From assembly GCA_022813965.1 (NCBI GenBank), contig JALDZS010000043.1:62001-126000 (forward strand): a stretch of DNA of 64,000 nt, read 5' to 3'. The notes beneath the pieces are model-generated. The model was not told the DNA's origin, made no database searches, and was given only the letters and a program-made list of their open reading frames with translations. The position numbers and the translations under genes are program-made. This stretch comes from Toensbergia leucococca (taxonomy: Eukaryota). Of this stretch, positions 1 to 13,514 are shown in pieces; the first letter of the stretch is position 1, and the number at the start of each line of letters is the position of its first letter.

Positions 1-1733
1 CCAGGGTCCCCTTGTCTATGAGCTCTTTGACCTTCTGAACCAATGCCTCCAATCATTGCACCCCATCCACTTCGCACCATCGTTGGAGCCCTCCACGTCA
101 GGCCCAGATCTTGACCTGTCCTTCCTACAAGCCCAAAATCAAGAGCAAATTTTACATAGATGGGGTTTTCGTTGCTCAGCCCTAAAAAGGGGGAGGCCAT
201 GGCCACAAAGTTGATAGGTTTGATCTCTTCAAAAAAATGTGGTGAATGTTTGTGTATATAAGCGATAGCGTACATTTGGGTCAGGCCTCCTAAAGAATGG
301 GCAATGAAACTGATGCTTGTAACTTTATATGCTGGGTATTCTGGTTTCTTTACAGAACGATAGAGCGTGTTATGCATATTCGCAGGCTGATCCGTTGGCA
401 GACCGTCTTTCGGGTCTGACGGTTCTTGTCCTGTCAATGCCCGTGAAATCTTCTTGCCAACGGATTTTTTTACTGGGAGAAAAGGTTGATCAGGATATGT
501 CATCGATAGTACATATTTGGCAAGACGCTTGCCAAGGTATTGAATTCCTCGTTCAGTTCGTACAGCATTACCAGAGAAACCCCGTACAATGACCTGTTCA
601 TCCTCGCTATCGTCATCTGCACCACCATCGAGGTCCTCTTGACCCCCTGACAGTGGTGCTGTAGACGTTGCTTGCTCACTCTCTGTTTTCCCTATGTTAT
701 CACTGTCAGCTTCGGATTGACCGTCTTGACTCTTCGTCTGATCTCGACCATTTTGCTTGGCTCTTTTACTCAATTTTTCTTGCCGAGCAATTTTAGCAGT
801 GGCATCTATGCTTTCTTTCAAATAGAGCATATCAGCACCTAGATTACTGTGTAGACCATGGGTCAACACGACAAGATGAATTTTCTTTCTTCGCTTCGCT
901 TTTGGCTTGTCAGTCGATTTTTCGTTACTAGCTGTCTGCATAGTGCTATCCGATGCAAACGAGTGCGCATGATCACCTCTCGAATTCATGTGCTCCCGCC
1001 TCTTGACCTTGTCCTTGCCATCATGATCCCATTTCGGTAAACCGGGTTTATTCCACAAGCTTGCAGTATCGTCCACCGTCAAAGTCACAGCCTTCGAGTA
1101 GACACCTTTGGGTTGAGCGGCACTATGACCATCCCTACTTCTTTTGCCCATCTGATGATCCTGTAATTGCCCCGGCACCACTTGAGATACTCCCGTCAAT
1201 GCCGAGAACCCCAATTCTATTGAATTCTCATCCCTTCCCACAAGTACTTCGAAATGTACAGTGGCCGAGGTAGAAAAGATTACTTGAGATGATATCTCAA
1301 TGATCCATGTAAAACTCGGGACCCTTCCGTCGGTTGTCCTCTTCACGTTGGCCTTGCCAGCGGTCTCGCGAATATTCTCTGGGACTGTGAGGCGAGCGTT
1401 CCAGCTTCCGCCAGCTTTCAGGTTCGGCTCGAATTGGGGCGTACCGTCCTGCCATGGTGATTGGTGCTTGTAGTGGGGATCAAATGTAGAGGGATAACAG
1501 GCAGCATAGAGGGTATATGGTCCATGAAGATAAGCAGCCCGAAGTGGGATAGCAGAGGAATTCTTTATCTTGACATAGAGAAATGACGGCGATGGAAGGA
1601 TGCGGTCATTTGAAGGGGTGTAGGTAAGAGTGTACCTGTCACATATGAGCTTCAGACCTACTGTCATACCGAGCTGTACGAACCTCACTACCTCTCCAAT
1701 TCTCACACTACCGACTTGATGAATGAGGAGCAT
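1..1733 (-). CDS. DUF676 (Rog1-like) putative serine esterase/lipase; multi-exon, 3' end runs off the window
   Basis: Manual minus-strand translation: MLLIHQVGSVRIGEVVR|intron|YTLTYTP..., HLVVLTHGLHSNLGADMLYLKESID, and the nucleophile-elbow motif SFIAHSLGGL near position 290. Confidence 0.85.
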   Translation of the reverse strand, partial: MLLIHQVGSVRIGEVVRFVQLGMTVGLKLICDRYTLTYTPSNDRILPSPSFLYVKIKNSSAIPLRAAYLHGPYTLYAACYPSTFDPHYKHQSPWQDGTPQFEPNLKAGGSWNARLTVPENIRETAGKANVKRTTDGRVPSFTWIIEISSQVIFSTSATVHFEVLVGRDENSIELGFSALTGVSQVVPGQLQDHQMGKRSRDGHSAAQPKGVYSKAVTLTVDDTASLWNKPGLPKWDHDGKDKVKRREHMNSRGDHAHSFASDSTMQTASNEKSTDKPKAKRRKKIHLVVLTHGLHSNLGADMLYLKESIDATAKIARQEKLSKRAKQNGRDQTKSQDGQSEADSDNIGKTESEQATSTAPLSGGQEDLDGGADDDSEDEQVIVRGFSGNAVRTERGIQYLGKRLAKYVLSMTYPDQPFLPVKKSVGKKISRALTGQEPSDPKDGLPTDQPANMHNTLYRSVKKPEYPAYKVTSISFIAHSLGGLTQMYAIAYIHKHSPHFFEEIKPINFVAMASPFLGLSNENPIYVKFALDFGLVGRTGQDLGLTWRAPTMVRSGWGAMIGGIGSEGQRAHRQGDP

Positions 1734-2212
1734 ACTCTGGGCGCGACGGATCGCATGCGGAGATAGCTGCCAGCCAGAAGCTGGCTCGTGTAAGAATTTT
1801 CCAGTAGTCCTGAATTCTTGTTCTGCTATCTGCAGCTGTTGGTAGGTGCGAGGTGTGATTAGCATGGAGGCGGAGGACGCTGTGCATCATTTAGGGCATA
1901 ACAATACAACGGAGAGCGCGGGACTGAATTCCTTGGCAAAAGCAACAACAACATGTGGGATGGTCAATACTTGGCTGTCAACTCGATTTTGCCTTCAGAG
2001 CTTCATGATATTGAGAGTGAAGCAACCTTTGAACATTTAAATGTCATCATGCAGACATCAGACAATGCAGTGCGCGCGTGCCTTTGCTAATTTGGAAACT
2101 ACGTCATTGGACTGTCGCTGCAAATAAAGTAAGCAATCTATCGGAATCAGGGGTTCATCTAGTACATTGAAAGCTTTCAAAAGGCAGAAAATAAGAGATA
2201 ACATCACAGTCC

Positions 2213-3643
2213 CTAGTTCGCAACGATATGCACAACATCTCGAAATGTCTTCCTGACCTCCACCCACCCTTCCTCTCCCACTCTGATGATCTTACCATCC
2301 ACACAGACTCGTAGCCACCGACTGTCACTCTCTTCAAAATCGATCCTCAGCCCATTGATCTCATCATACCCAACGGCATCTTCCTGGACATGTAGTCCAC
2401 CTTGAAATGCCAGTCCTAAAATACGCATAATCTCAGCACTAGGAGCGGCACCAAAATTTAGAAACCTTAGCTGACCGTCCAACGGCTTCGAAGATGGCGA
2501 TACAGTGAAAGTTTCCTCTAGATTCGACACCAAAGTGGCGAGCACGTAAATGTGCTCTTTTCTGTTCAGCGTCTGGTGGGTTTCTTCACCGTGTTTGTTG
2601 GTCTTGATAAGAGTAATCTTGCCCTTATACCGATGCGATTCCAAACCATCCGAAGGCTCGAGTAGCTCTTTCGCAGCCATTTGAAAGCGCGTAGTGCCAT
2701 ATTTGCGGTATTCAGGAGTGTCACTATCTGCGACAAGCGATGCATGCAGAGCCCAGCTGCACACCACAGCACCATAAACGACGCTAGGCTCCGCACCTAA
2801 CGATGCAAGAGCTTCTGTGCGTAAGCCACCGTCGACCAAGTGCTCCGAGCCTCTAGGAAATTTGGCGGCGAAGGTCGGTAGACTTTTCGGGGTGCCTCTT
2901 AAGAAGCTGGCAAGACCTCGTGTGGAGTCGTTGTTGAGACCTGTGGAATTTGCCAAGGCATTCCCAGTGCCCATAGCTATAAGACCAACAACGGGCTTCA
3001 CATATGAAGTAGTGTGGGAGGATGAAAGCAACACATTGATAATGTCAACAACACCGCCATCACCAGAAAGAAGTAGAACAGTCTGGGCAATGCCTTGATT
3101 AGCACGAGGTAGCAATGTGGTATGAGTGAAATCTATGATAGTTTGTTCCGAAGTGGTCGTGTGAAGGCTGTATGCTTGCTCCTCAAGGCCAAGTATGGAA
3201 AATGTCTTCTTCACAACATGATTGAAGAAAGGCTGAGCCAAGCCAGTGCCTGATCGAACTGATATGACAACATGTAGATTTGGACGGCAATCAGGCTCTT
3301 GGGGTACAAACAAATGCTGAGGGTGAGATGTAGTATAATGAGCATCTAAGAAGGATTTGGGGATTTTCGTAAGACGTATGTGCCTGAAGCCAAAATCGGA
3401 CTGGGCGATGGTGTTGACAAGCAACAGGAAATACAGTTGGTCTGCATCGTCTCCGTCTTTCTTGGCGTATCCGCTATCAATTAGTGCAATAACTTGTTTA
3501 TCAGACACGCGGTCTTCCCAATCTTTGTGTCGAAGGATCAGTGTTCCCTGTTGGTCTTCCAGCTCATATGTGAAGTCGACATTTTCCCCATCCACCGTTC
3601 CGTTGCTCTGCAATCCCGTCGGCGTAGTAGACGACATGACCAT
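2213..3643 (-). CDS. Diacylglycerol/sphingosine kinase catalytic-domain protein
   Basis: Single long ORF with LSGDGGVVDIIN, AMGTGNALA and VCVDGK motifs of the DAGK/sphingosine kinase family. First ATG at 3643; alternative at 3637. Confidence 0.85.
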   Translation of the reverse strand: MVMSSTTPTGLQSNGTVDGENVDFTYELEDQQGTLILRHKDWEDRVSDKQVIALIDSGYAKKDGDDADQLYFLLLVNTIAQSDFGFRHIRLTKIPKSFLDAHYTTSHPQHLFVPQEPDCRPNLHVVISVRSGTGLAQPFFNHVVKKTFSILGLEEQAYSLHTTTSEQTIIDFTHTTLLPRANQGIAQTVLLLSGDGGVVDIINVLLSSSHTTSYVKPVVGLIAMGTGNALANSTGLNNDSTRGLASFLRGTPKSLPTFAAKFPRGSEHLVDGGLRTEALASLGAEPSVVYGAVVCSWALHASLVADSDTPEYRKYGTTRFQMAAKELLEPSDGLESHRYKGKITLIKTNKHGEETHQTLNRKEHIYVLATLVSNLEETFTVSPSSKPLDGQLRFLNFGAAPSAEIMRILGLAFQGGLHVQEDAVGYDEINGLRIDFEESDSRWLRVCVDGKIIRVGEEGWVEVRKTFRDVVHIVAN

Positions 3644-4051
3644 GCGAAAGAATGAAAACAAGATGAATCCATCTTGGAAAGCAAACAGCAATAATGAATG
3701 TTTAGCAATCAACGAAGGAATACCGTACGGAGGACTGACTCACCCGTCACCCGTCACCCGTCACCCCGCCGCGCTTATCCGTATTCTACAGATATTTATG
3801 CAAGTAATCTATTCCAGTAATCTACCTAATGAATAAGCGAGCCAGCCCTCCTCACTCCTTCACTACTGCCCTCAGCTCAGCCCCTTCGCAGTCTTACAGC
3901 CAGTCCAACTCAACTCCAATCTCACCTCGTCCACCGCCGCCTGACCAGCAATTTCGTTGTTCCCAAGTCTGATCCGCCTCCCCCGTGAGAAAGACAATGA
4001 ACCCTATCAAAAGCTCCTAAAGCCTACCAATCATCCTTGCACACTCCAACA

Positions 4052-4723
4052 ATGGCTACCTTCGGTCTAATCATCCTCATCCTAATCATTCTCATACCTC
4101 TGCTCACGGCTGCCTACATCTTCGTCTCCCGTGCCCGTGCCACCCGCGCCGGCCTTCCCCCACCTCCTCTCGCCTCGTTCAACCCTTTCACCCGCCCTCG
4201 CTCCCCAAGCTCCTATTCCCCGAGTAATGCCCTTGCGTGGGCGCGTACAAAATTTAGTGCCCTTAAAAATAAGCGTACTGCAGGCGGAGCTTACGAGGGT
4301 ACGTCATCATCTGGTGGAAACAACGGAAGGGGTTTTGGGCCGCTGGATCCGGACGAGGCGTGGGATTCCAGGGTGGGAAATGAAGGGGATGGGTATGGGG
4401 GAGGGGGTGTATATGAGGAGCAGGAGTTAGGACTGAGGTCGGCGTCTGCTGGGAGAGGGGGGGATGCCTTGCACGATTACGGGGAGGAAGAGATGGGCAG
4501 GGGAAGGAGCGCTGGGAGGGAAGGACCTGGCTATAATGGAGGGATTTCGAAAGTTTCAAATGAAAGGTACGACGAGGACGTGGGTGGAAGAGTGAATCCC
4601 TTTGGAGATGAGGCCGAGAGAAGCGATTTAAGAGGGGTCAGTCCGAGACCTGTCGAGGAGAGAAAGGGAAAGCTTGATGATAGCCCGTCTGAGAGAAGGA
4701 GTATGTTTCATGAGAATATGTAG
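4052..4723 (+). CDS. Fungal single-pass membrane protein of unknown function
   Basis: ATG at 4052, N-terminal hydrophobic helix (FGLIILILIILIPLLTAAYIFV), GFGPLDPDEAWDSRV segment and a low-complexity Gly/Glu-rich tail. Confidence 0.7.
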   Translation: MATFGLIILILIILIPLLTAAYIFVSRARATRAGLPPPPLASFNPFTRPRSPSSYSPSNALAWARTKFSALKNKRTAGGAYEGTSSSGGNNGRGFGPLDPDEAWDSRVGNEGDGYGGGGVYEEQELGLRSASAGRGGDALHDYGEEEMGRGRSAGREGPGYNGGISKVSNERYDEDVGGRVNPFGDEAERSDLRGVSPRPVEERKGKLDDSPSERRSMFHENM

Positions 4724-4784
4724 CCGATTGGGGGAAATTGAGAGTGGTGGGCATCTTTGAAAGCATGAAGGCGGGTCTTTTGTA

Positions 4785-6734
4785 TCATATTCCAATCTGG
4801 GGAAGGGCGCTATACATGTTATTTGTCTGCTGGGGGGAACTCTTCGCAAACGTCTTGTCTTCTGCTGCGTGCTTCTCTGGTCGTTTCCGTCGTGCCTTTG
4901 GGCTTTTCGATACTTCAGCCACGCAGGAGGGCGGACTACCAAGCGCTGCTTTGTCCTTGCTTGCTAAAAACTCGGCACAAACAAATCGGCCATTGCCATC
5001 TCTCAATATTCTGATTAAATTGTCCAGCATATCTCCTACAGTCACCCCGAGTGGAGAGTTTTCTATTCTTTCGTGCCTGGAAGGCAATAGCTCGCTCAAG
5101 GCGGGGAGATTTGCTAGCTCAGCTCCAAGATCTAGTACTGCTGTTGGTAAAGCTGTTGATGTCATCGACCTGAGTTGATCAAGAACTTGCTTCGTCACCC
5201 TCAGAGCATACAAGACTGCTTGTAGTTGGGCAGAGACTTGCACATCATCCCATGTCCACATTCCGCTTGCACGTCCCGTCGTCACTCGGGACATGATCTT
5301 CTTAGACGGTGGGTTCCTGCCGCCATCGAGGTACCACCGGTACACTTCATACACTCCGAATATGGTCCAGACGAATTTTGGAGAATTCACAGATATTTCC
5401 TTCGCTTGGTTCAACCTTGCATTTAAATTTACTGCATACTCAGTGCACTCTTGTTTCGCAAGGAGCGAAGTTTTCTCGGGAGCGATCCGGAACCCCTTGC
5501 GACTATACTCCATGATTATCTTTGGATGGTTGCCATCTCGTTTGGTGTGAATGAATAACGAATAGACAAAGCATCGAAGGCCAGACGAAGTAGCCCAAGT
5601 GGACATTTTCGAGACATCATCGAGCAAGAAGGGTAAATACATAGAAAGAGAGTCTTCACTGGCAGACGAGACCTGTAGAACAAGCTCTGATACTCGAGGG
5701 TCTAAGCATTTGCCAGGTGCAGCGGCATTTGGTACCCAAGGCGAAGTCTTGGCTGTATATTCTTTGATAAACTCACCTAGAAGCACTTCTTTGGTAGAAG
5801 GTTGCTTCGCACGACGGACCACTTCGTCAAAAGTTGCAGTAGGATCCTCTTTGATCTCGAACGAAAGTCGGTGTAAATTTTCAAGCTGTAGACGTTGAGC
5901 AATGTTTGAGGTTTTACTTACGTGTGCTTGCAGCACCTCACACGGATCCAGGCCTCCGTCCCGACATTCTTGCTTGCGTAGCTCAATTTGGTTGAAGAAA
6001 GCCACCGCCCCCAATGGACCAAGGTCGTAAACCAGCATGTCTGAGTCACTCGTCATGATGATGATGTTACCTTTCCGTGCAGCCTCTGCGCAATACAAGT
6101 CTGCCTCACCAGGCACAACCTGAGTGATGGCAGCATACTGACTCTCACATATGGCTTCTAGAACAGCTGGCACAAGGAAAGCAGCGGCGGGTAATCCTCG
6201 AAGCGTAGTCGGTGTCAGGCAAGAGGAATCAAAGAGTTGGGAGGTGGTGATGTTCAGAGTTGATTTTGCGTTGGCCTTTGCAATATTCAGTCCATTAGGA
6301 TGGGATGCGTGAAATGCTACAAGTTGTTTGAGATTTGCTTCGAGACGTTCAAGTCGAGTAGCCCGCTTCTGTGGCGGTAGGAAACCATCGAAATAGATTT
6401 TGTCTCTACAAATGTTTTAGCTGGATAAATGAGCCTCGCCGACGGCAGCGCTTCCATACATCACCAGCCTGCATGACTGCAACTTGTCTAGGAATTGCAA
6501 AGTAGCTCTTCCCAATTCAGCATAAGAAGGCGCGCCGTCCAGAGCATTCAATGAGCTTGATTTGTGAGCAAGCAGTCTGTAATAGATAAAGTAGGCAAGG
6601 CCTGGGCCATCGATTATGACACTACTTTGCAGATGAGATGGGATGTGGTGTTTTTGACATTCAGCTTTATCGCAGCCAAGTATCAATTGAGAGGAGTATG
6701 CTTGCAAATGAGAGGTCAGTCGTGGAATTCCCAT
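4785..6734 (-). CDS. Asteroid/XPG-like PIN-domain protein
   Basis: MGIPRL N-terminus, IIDGPGLAY, then IYFDG after a GT-AG intron (6406-6459), and GEADLYCA and TSDSDML XPG-I motifs. Confidence 0.85.
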
Positions 6735-7886
6735 GTCTGTGATTGCTGATGTGATAATAGTAAACAACTATTCTGCAACCTAAATCTTCCTCAATAAGGG
6801 GCTTGCTATTCCTAATGCTTGAAACTGATTGCGTCAGAAACATCACCATGCAGCGACTACTTTGGCTTCAGCGGGACGATAGGTAGGTATGATTCTGTGC
6901 CCATCTACGCTAATCTTACCCCTTAATGTCCTCTGGCCCTAGGTCTTAACACTTCTCCACAGCCCCCGAAACGAGTCGTAATCATGGAATGCTTCTATCT
7001 AGATTATTGCTGGTACTCGTAGACGTCGCAGGATAAACTCGATTACACACAAATGCTTCTATCTAGGTCAACTTATCGCTCCCCCAAACACATCTTATCT
7101 TCTTCGCCGGTATTGCCAGCCATGTTCCGACTGACTCAGAATGTTAGCATATTCCATAGGCACAGCGTCGCTCTATAATGGTGGAATCAGTATTTATAGA
7201 GCCAGAGAACCAGGTGAAAATCTCGGGGTCATCTTTTACTGAATCTTGACAGGATCCAAACAGCTCCAGTGTCATCAGATAATGACCAGACCCCAAATCC
7301 GGCTTCTGGCATATAGAAACCACAAGGTGGAGCTCGACTGCTGTCAGCAGGTAATGGAATTGTATTGTTGTTTGGGTGACGTTTCAGACGTTGAGCAATC
7401 CAAGAGAAGACAAGGCCAATAATTTCCTCGCTATTAGCGTCACTGTAGACCTTTCGAATACCACCTGTCATCAATCAAAGAAGTGCATATTCCGCATGGA
7501 TTTTTAGTTTTATGGTAAGTCTTCTTTCCAGCAGATGCACGACATTTATGAGATTCTTATATGGTGAGTTCTTTGTAAAGAAGCTGAAACCTGATCTAAA
7601 CATCGCACCGCAGAGTCAGCGTCGGCAACCAGCAAACAATTTGGGCCTGATGCGCTTCAAGATGCCCATTCTCAGAGCAACGTTTCTTGAATCTCCCAAC
7701 CATGTTGCCTCAATATGTGACCCTTCGTAAGATACGCTGGGCAAGGTACGTACTATAGATGAGATTCGGTATATCTTGACGAGTCTAGCAATATGTGTAA
7801 GTGGGAGTGGTAGGCTAATTACTCTACTCCTTTTCCCCACGGCCCGTGACTTAGATCATCAATCTCAGATAGATGTAGAGCCGTCA

Positions 7887-10800
7887 CTAGGACGATCCAA
7901 AATGCTGACCAGGCTTCACTGTTCGGTACGAACAAGCTTGCCAGTCACAGCCCTGCAAGCCATCATGTTAAAACTTCTCATCTACTCGATCCCACATCAA
8001 GTAATAAAATCACGGCATTACTCACCTGCTTATATACCTCTGTCCCCCACCACCGAAACCCATCCATCCACCCCGGATATATGAACCCGAAAAATACGAC
8101 AACCAACGCGAAAGCAAGACCAGAATCCAGAGCCGCCGACATAGTCATGGTGTATTTGCCCCACCACGCGAGGGCACGGCCGCGGATGGATGAATTGAAG
8201 ATATAGCAGACTAAAGCCCAGATGGAGAAATTGAGTCCAGTCTGGAGACACGTAAGAATGTTAATTGCGTATAGAAGTGGAAAAAAGAACAGTGAACTAA
8301 ATATGATGGTGGATTGACATACGGCTGGGGGAATCCAACTCAAGCTACCGAATAACACTGGTAAGTTCACCTTTCTCCATACACTAGCTGGGCTACGTCG
8401 GCCAAGGAGCCAGACACCAACGGGTGCAACAGCACCAATAAGGAATGCCCATATCAAGGGTTGATATAAGGCCCCTTTTCCGAAGAAACGCTGAGGGCCA
8501 ATCACGCCCCATAAAATACTCCCATTGAAATGGACTTTGGCTAAGGGGCAAATGAAGCCATTGATGGCTTGTGGGGTGCATATGCCGGGGATATGTGTAA
8601 ACATCCAATTCAGGACTCCAATCTGGGTAATACTCGAGACGAGTGTGGCGACCATCTGAACTGCAAAGAGCAGCTTTGGTGGGATCTTCATGTAGTGACC
8701 TAATTTCAAATCGGAGCTAAATTTGACACCTTGAGCGGAGCTGATGTAACAATACGTGACGAAGACCATGTTTGCGACGGGCCGGCCAGGAAAAACAACT
8801 CCGCATATAATCTGGCAGATGAGGTAAAGACTGCTATGTTGATTTGTAATGGCCATGACGATACCGACAGGAATAAAGAGAATTGTGGTAATACCTAGAG
8901 CGAGAAGGAGGCCGTACCAGGGTAGGTGGACAGGATAGCTAAAGGGATTAGACTTTTTCACGTTTGTAATGGCCTTACTTACTACTCAACCACGAAGATA
9001 CCAACGGCAAGCATGACTGTGAAGGTGATTAGATACCAGCTCATAGGCGCATCTTTGTACCGCCGCATTAGACGATTGTGGACGTCTTCTCCGCCCTTGA
9101 GAGGGATATGACCTGATTTGACGAAGTCATTATCGATGTTGTTGCTTGCATCTGAGTAGTTGCGGCGAAGGCTTTCATTAGCTTGATTAATCGACTGATA
9201 TTCAGATTTTGGTGCGTCGCCTCTTTCTGCAAAGGAGTCTTTCCATTGCTGCCAAATGTCTTTTCCATGCCAGCAGATTGTGTGAGTAACTAGTGCAGAT
9301 AGACCAGCAAATTGAACGGCATATGAGAGGGCGTAGGTCATTGGGAGATACACTTTGCTGTAATTCTCATAGCGTTTGCGGTCGAAAAGGAAATCGCGGG
9401 TGAGTATTCTGTCTACATCATAAGGCTTACCAGTGTCGTCAAACACCGTAGACGATAGGATCGGTAGATATGAGGAGTAGAAGACGTTCTTATAGTCTGT
9501 GGGTTTAGATTCAGATAAAGGACACATCTTAAGACATGAAAACGTACACATGATAGGTGCAATGACCCACATCACTATGACTAAGCCGCCAACAACGTTG
9601 GCAGCAGCCCACCATGGAGTGAGTAGAGGAGAGCCAATGTAAGCTATTTGAGCCCAATCGAATGTCAGAGGGAGAAGACCCAGACCGGATGAAACACCAA
9701 ACTACAGACACTTATCAGTATTGAGGGCTGTGGCGGTTATGAAAGGACCTCTTACCAGATTCGCAACAACAACGTTTTTAGGGGCAAACCAGGTGATGAC
9801 ACTGAAATAACTCAATGCAGGCATCAGTAGTCCAGGCAAGAAGTACCAAACAAATGCTCCTGTCCAGACATAAAGGAAAAATTTCCACCTAGATGTCGTC
9901 CACCCATTTGTGGTCTGATTCTCCGATTTATGCATGGTCGTGAACATTGCAGTGGACATGAGAGTACCGGGCCAAATCATGCTTGAAGGCCAAACAAGGA
10001 ACCTCCGTGTCAGCCCAGCGAAGGCATACCCAAGTATCTGAGTGGAAATAGTAAGTAAAAGCTGATAGACCACGCCTGGATCTTGGTGATAGAATCTCGC
10101 TTGTTCGACTATAACCTGCTATACTATTAGTCTACTGCACACAATAATTAGTATCATCAATGCATACATCAGTGGCGAACGCAAAGCCAAAGGACACATT
10201 ACTACTTATATAAACACAAGCATGTTCTTTCTCATTCCATCTGCCTTGAGCAAGCCACAATCTTAATCGCCGCATCTTTGGGAAATGAACATCGCTGACA
10301 CCATGCTGTGTTGACCGTTCTTGTAAAATTCCGCAATCAAATGTCTCATGAGGATCATCGTCCTTTTTGAGTATAGCATCCCATGCACGACCTAGCGGAT
10401 GGACAAGCACTAAAGCTATCACAGGAGTGATGGCGACACTAGGATATCGAAGAGAAAAGAAAAGGTTTGTCGCCGATCCCAAAAGAGCAAATAACAGTGA
10501 TAGAATCCACATTCTCGGAGCTGCGTCGAATCAATATCCCCTGAGCAGCGTGTCTATCCAGGAGACTTACTGCTGATTGACAAAGACGTGTCGTCGGTCG
10601 CGGATACAGACGCTCGTACTTGAGGATATCTAATTTAATATTGTTGCAATGAGCTAACCTCCCTCGCTAAACAAACATGTGCATAACATTACTGGTAATC
10701 TAGCAGGTGGCCGACAAAGTGAAAGGACGAGAGAGGAACTTCGCCTCCTACGTGAACAGAAATATTTGAGAGGGGCCTCAGATTGAAAAGCACCGAACAG

Positions 10801-11436
10801 GATGACTGGATTGCACACTTTCGCCAATTCAGGAAGCAGGAATAAAACTGACGGGGAATTGTCCTTGGGATTATCATCACCCCAAGCATCAGCACGACCA
10901 GCGATATTCATAATATCATCTCTATTATCGTCTTCTTCAGTATTCAAATATAACCCACTACTACTCCTTTTTCTAAAATGTCTAGCCGATGTGTTTCCGT
11001 CCGTTGATCGCCTTGAACTCGAGCTTTGGACCGAGTCTGTGTAGGGCAGAGCACTACTTTTTCTTTCCCTTTTGTCCCGTCTTCGAACATCATCAAAATC
11101 TTCTTCGCCAGTGTCGGACACGTCTGCGCTGATATTGAGATCATGGTGGGGGAGGGAGCCATAGTCTGCATCCTGGGGGTTTGAAGACTTCTGAAGGAGA
11201 GGAGTTTGAGACATCAGGGCTACAACTCGTTGCAGGAAGCTTGGAATTGGATTTGTATTCTCGCCGTCGAAGTCTTCGTCCTCATGACTGTAATGCTTCC
11301 TAAGAAGTGAAGCATCGGAATCCGGGTGAAGATCTTCCTCTGGTTCAGCAGTCTGTCTCTGATGTCGTGGAAGTCTAGTAACGAGGGGGAAACTGTTTGG
11401 GGTTTTATTGGGTTGACGAAAGCGAGAAGGTGTCAT
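7887..11436 (-). CDS. OPT-family oligopeptide transporter, multi-exon
   Basis: SP|YPQVRASV across an intron, WNEKEHA, MIWPGTL, DLKLGHYMKIPPK, SAALDSG and a final exon GCDWQAC...* ending at 7887. Start codon uncertain (11436 or ~11214). Confidence 0.9.
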
Positions 11437-11907
11437 CCAGAGAGCATAGTGGATGCATGAAGGTGTTGCCAAAATAGGTGTGTCACACAGCTGCACATCC
11501 AGTCGCACAAATGAGACAATTTGATGTCATAAAATTGATAAGTAAAAGGCGTCATGGATGTAAGGCATATAAGTACCTTAATCGTACATGCACCTTAGGT
11601 ATTCGATAGGTGCTGTAGCCTTGCAGCTAGTAATTACCGACTCAGATTCTCATCCATCGATTTCATCCCAGGATCTGGTGGGAGAGAATGAGGGGGGGTC
11701 GAGTTATGACCCTATTGGCGTCGGCGTCGGAGATACATTCACCCTCCTCCCCTCCATCTATTAGTTCCGCAAATTGCTTCTTTCCATTCACGCCATCCAA
11801 GACGCGCCTTACCAACAGTACCGCGTTAATCCATCCATTCACGATGCTCCTGCCTATATCGAAAAGTGAGACTTCTTCTCACTTCACCTCCACCGACTGG
11901 CTCAATC

Positions 11908-13514
11908 ATGGACGCTCCAGGCGGAAGAAACGCTCGAGAGTTCAAGCAGCTCTGCAAGTTGAAGCCCATCATCACAGAGCTCGTGCGCACCCAAGTCTGT
12001 TTCCCAGAGCCCAAGTTCTTAGTTGATAAAGTCTATGCTGTTGAAATGCCTGAGGACAAGAGCCATCAGGGTGCTCATGCCTTTCGTGTTTACCTCAGCG
12101 ACGGGGAGAAGTCCATTCAAGGTTAGTGTCTTTCTGCACTGGCATCTCTTGAGTGCATGCTGAGTTCATCTTTACTCAGCTGTACTTAGACGTGGTATCC
12201 ATGACACCATCACTAGCGGTCATATCCGTGAAGGTTCGTACGTCGTGCTGCAGCGATATCGCCAGTCCAGAGGGAAGAGACTGGTTGGCGAAGGCGAAGT
12301 TGCGTGAGTGATCTGAAAAGTCTAAGAGTCTGGAAGCATTTTTCTGACGCTCACGCTATAGGTACATTGTCATTCTAGATTGGTACTCCATCGGTGAAGA
12401 AGAACGACACAACCATGACATTGTTTTCATGCTCAATGAGATACCAATAGAGAAGCGTCCAGAGCAAGTAGAGCGTAAAAGTAGTTGCTCTACCGATCAC
12501 GAGGATGTCGAAACGGAATATACCATTTTCAAGGACATTGTTCCTGGCGACTCAACTGTAGGCTACACAAAAAATAAGGATACTCAGAATCCCGGGAGCC
12601 AACCTCCCAAGACCCCGAAAAACAAGAGAAAGAGGGGTTATCTCCAGGACATCACCAGGAGTCTCTCATCTCGATTTGCCGACTTTCCGCCCCTCGAAAA
12701 GGTTCCATCAGCCGTCAAAGACTCATGTATCGGAATGGCAACCAGCTTCAATCTCCAGTACTCATCAGACTGGTATCTTCAAGCCGTTATGAAACACCAC
12801 TATAAATGTCACGTCGCAAGACCGAAACCAAACGACGAAACCGTCCGCCCCTCCGAGAAGCTTCGAAAAGTACTCGAAACGCCGACCTACCTCCCCTGTG
12901 AATCCCTCTCTCAATACGCCATCCGCGCCATCGAGGCCGGAAAACCCCTTACTCCCTTCAGGACGGTCCTGAAGCTCGTCCCCCTTAGCTCAATCATAAC
13001 ACCCAACGCGCGCCGCAACTCCGTCGTCGATGTTCTCGCCGTCATCTGCTCTGTCAGCCCCAACACCGTCTCCCGCCCCCCGCTGCCCACAAAGCGCGAC
13101 CTCCGCATTACGGATCCGAGTTGTAACGGGAAAAAGGTTCTCTTCAGCGTCATGGTCGAACCCAAGCACTTCACCCCCGCTGTCGGTACGGTGGCGCTTT
13201 TTCGGAGCGTTACGTCCCACGAGTGGGATGGTGGTAGTTTGAATGCTTATCCAAAGTTGTGTGAGGGAAAGGACTGGTTCGTACCGAATCCGGTCGAGAT
13301 TCAGGGGTGTGAGGTTGGGGGATATGGGGTTTCGGAGATGAGGGAGTGGTGGGATGGGCTGGTGGAGGGGGAGGAGAAGAGGATTAGGGAGGACGCGGAG
13401 AAGAACGAGGTTGAGGAGGTGGCAGCGTTGGAGTTGATTGCTGAAATTGCGGATGGGGAGGAGGGGGCTGAGGAGGAGGTGGAAGAGGGCCCTAGGAAGA
13501 GGAGGAAGGTATGA
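11908..13514 (+). CDS. Two-OB-fold protein (RPA1-N-like domain plus C-terminal ssDNA-binding-type OB fold), 3 exons
   Basis: Exons ~11908-12121, 12180-12303, 12362-13514. AFRVYLSDGEKSIQAVL...IREGSYVVLQRY resembles Rep-A_N; VDVLAVICSVS...RDLRITDPS...GTVALFRSV resembles an OB fold. Confidence 0.7.
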
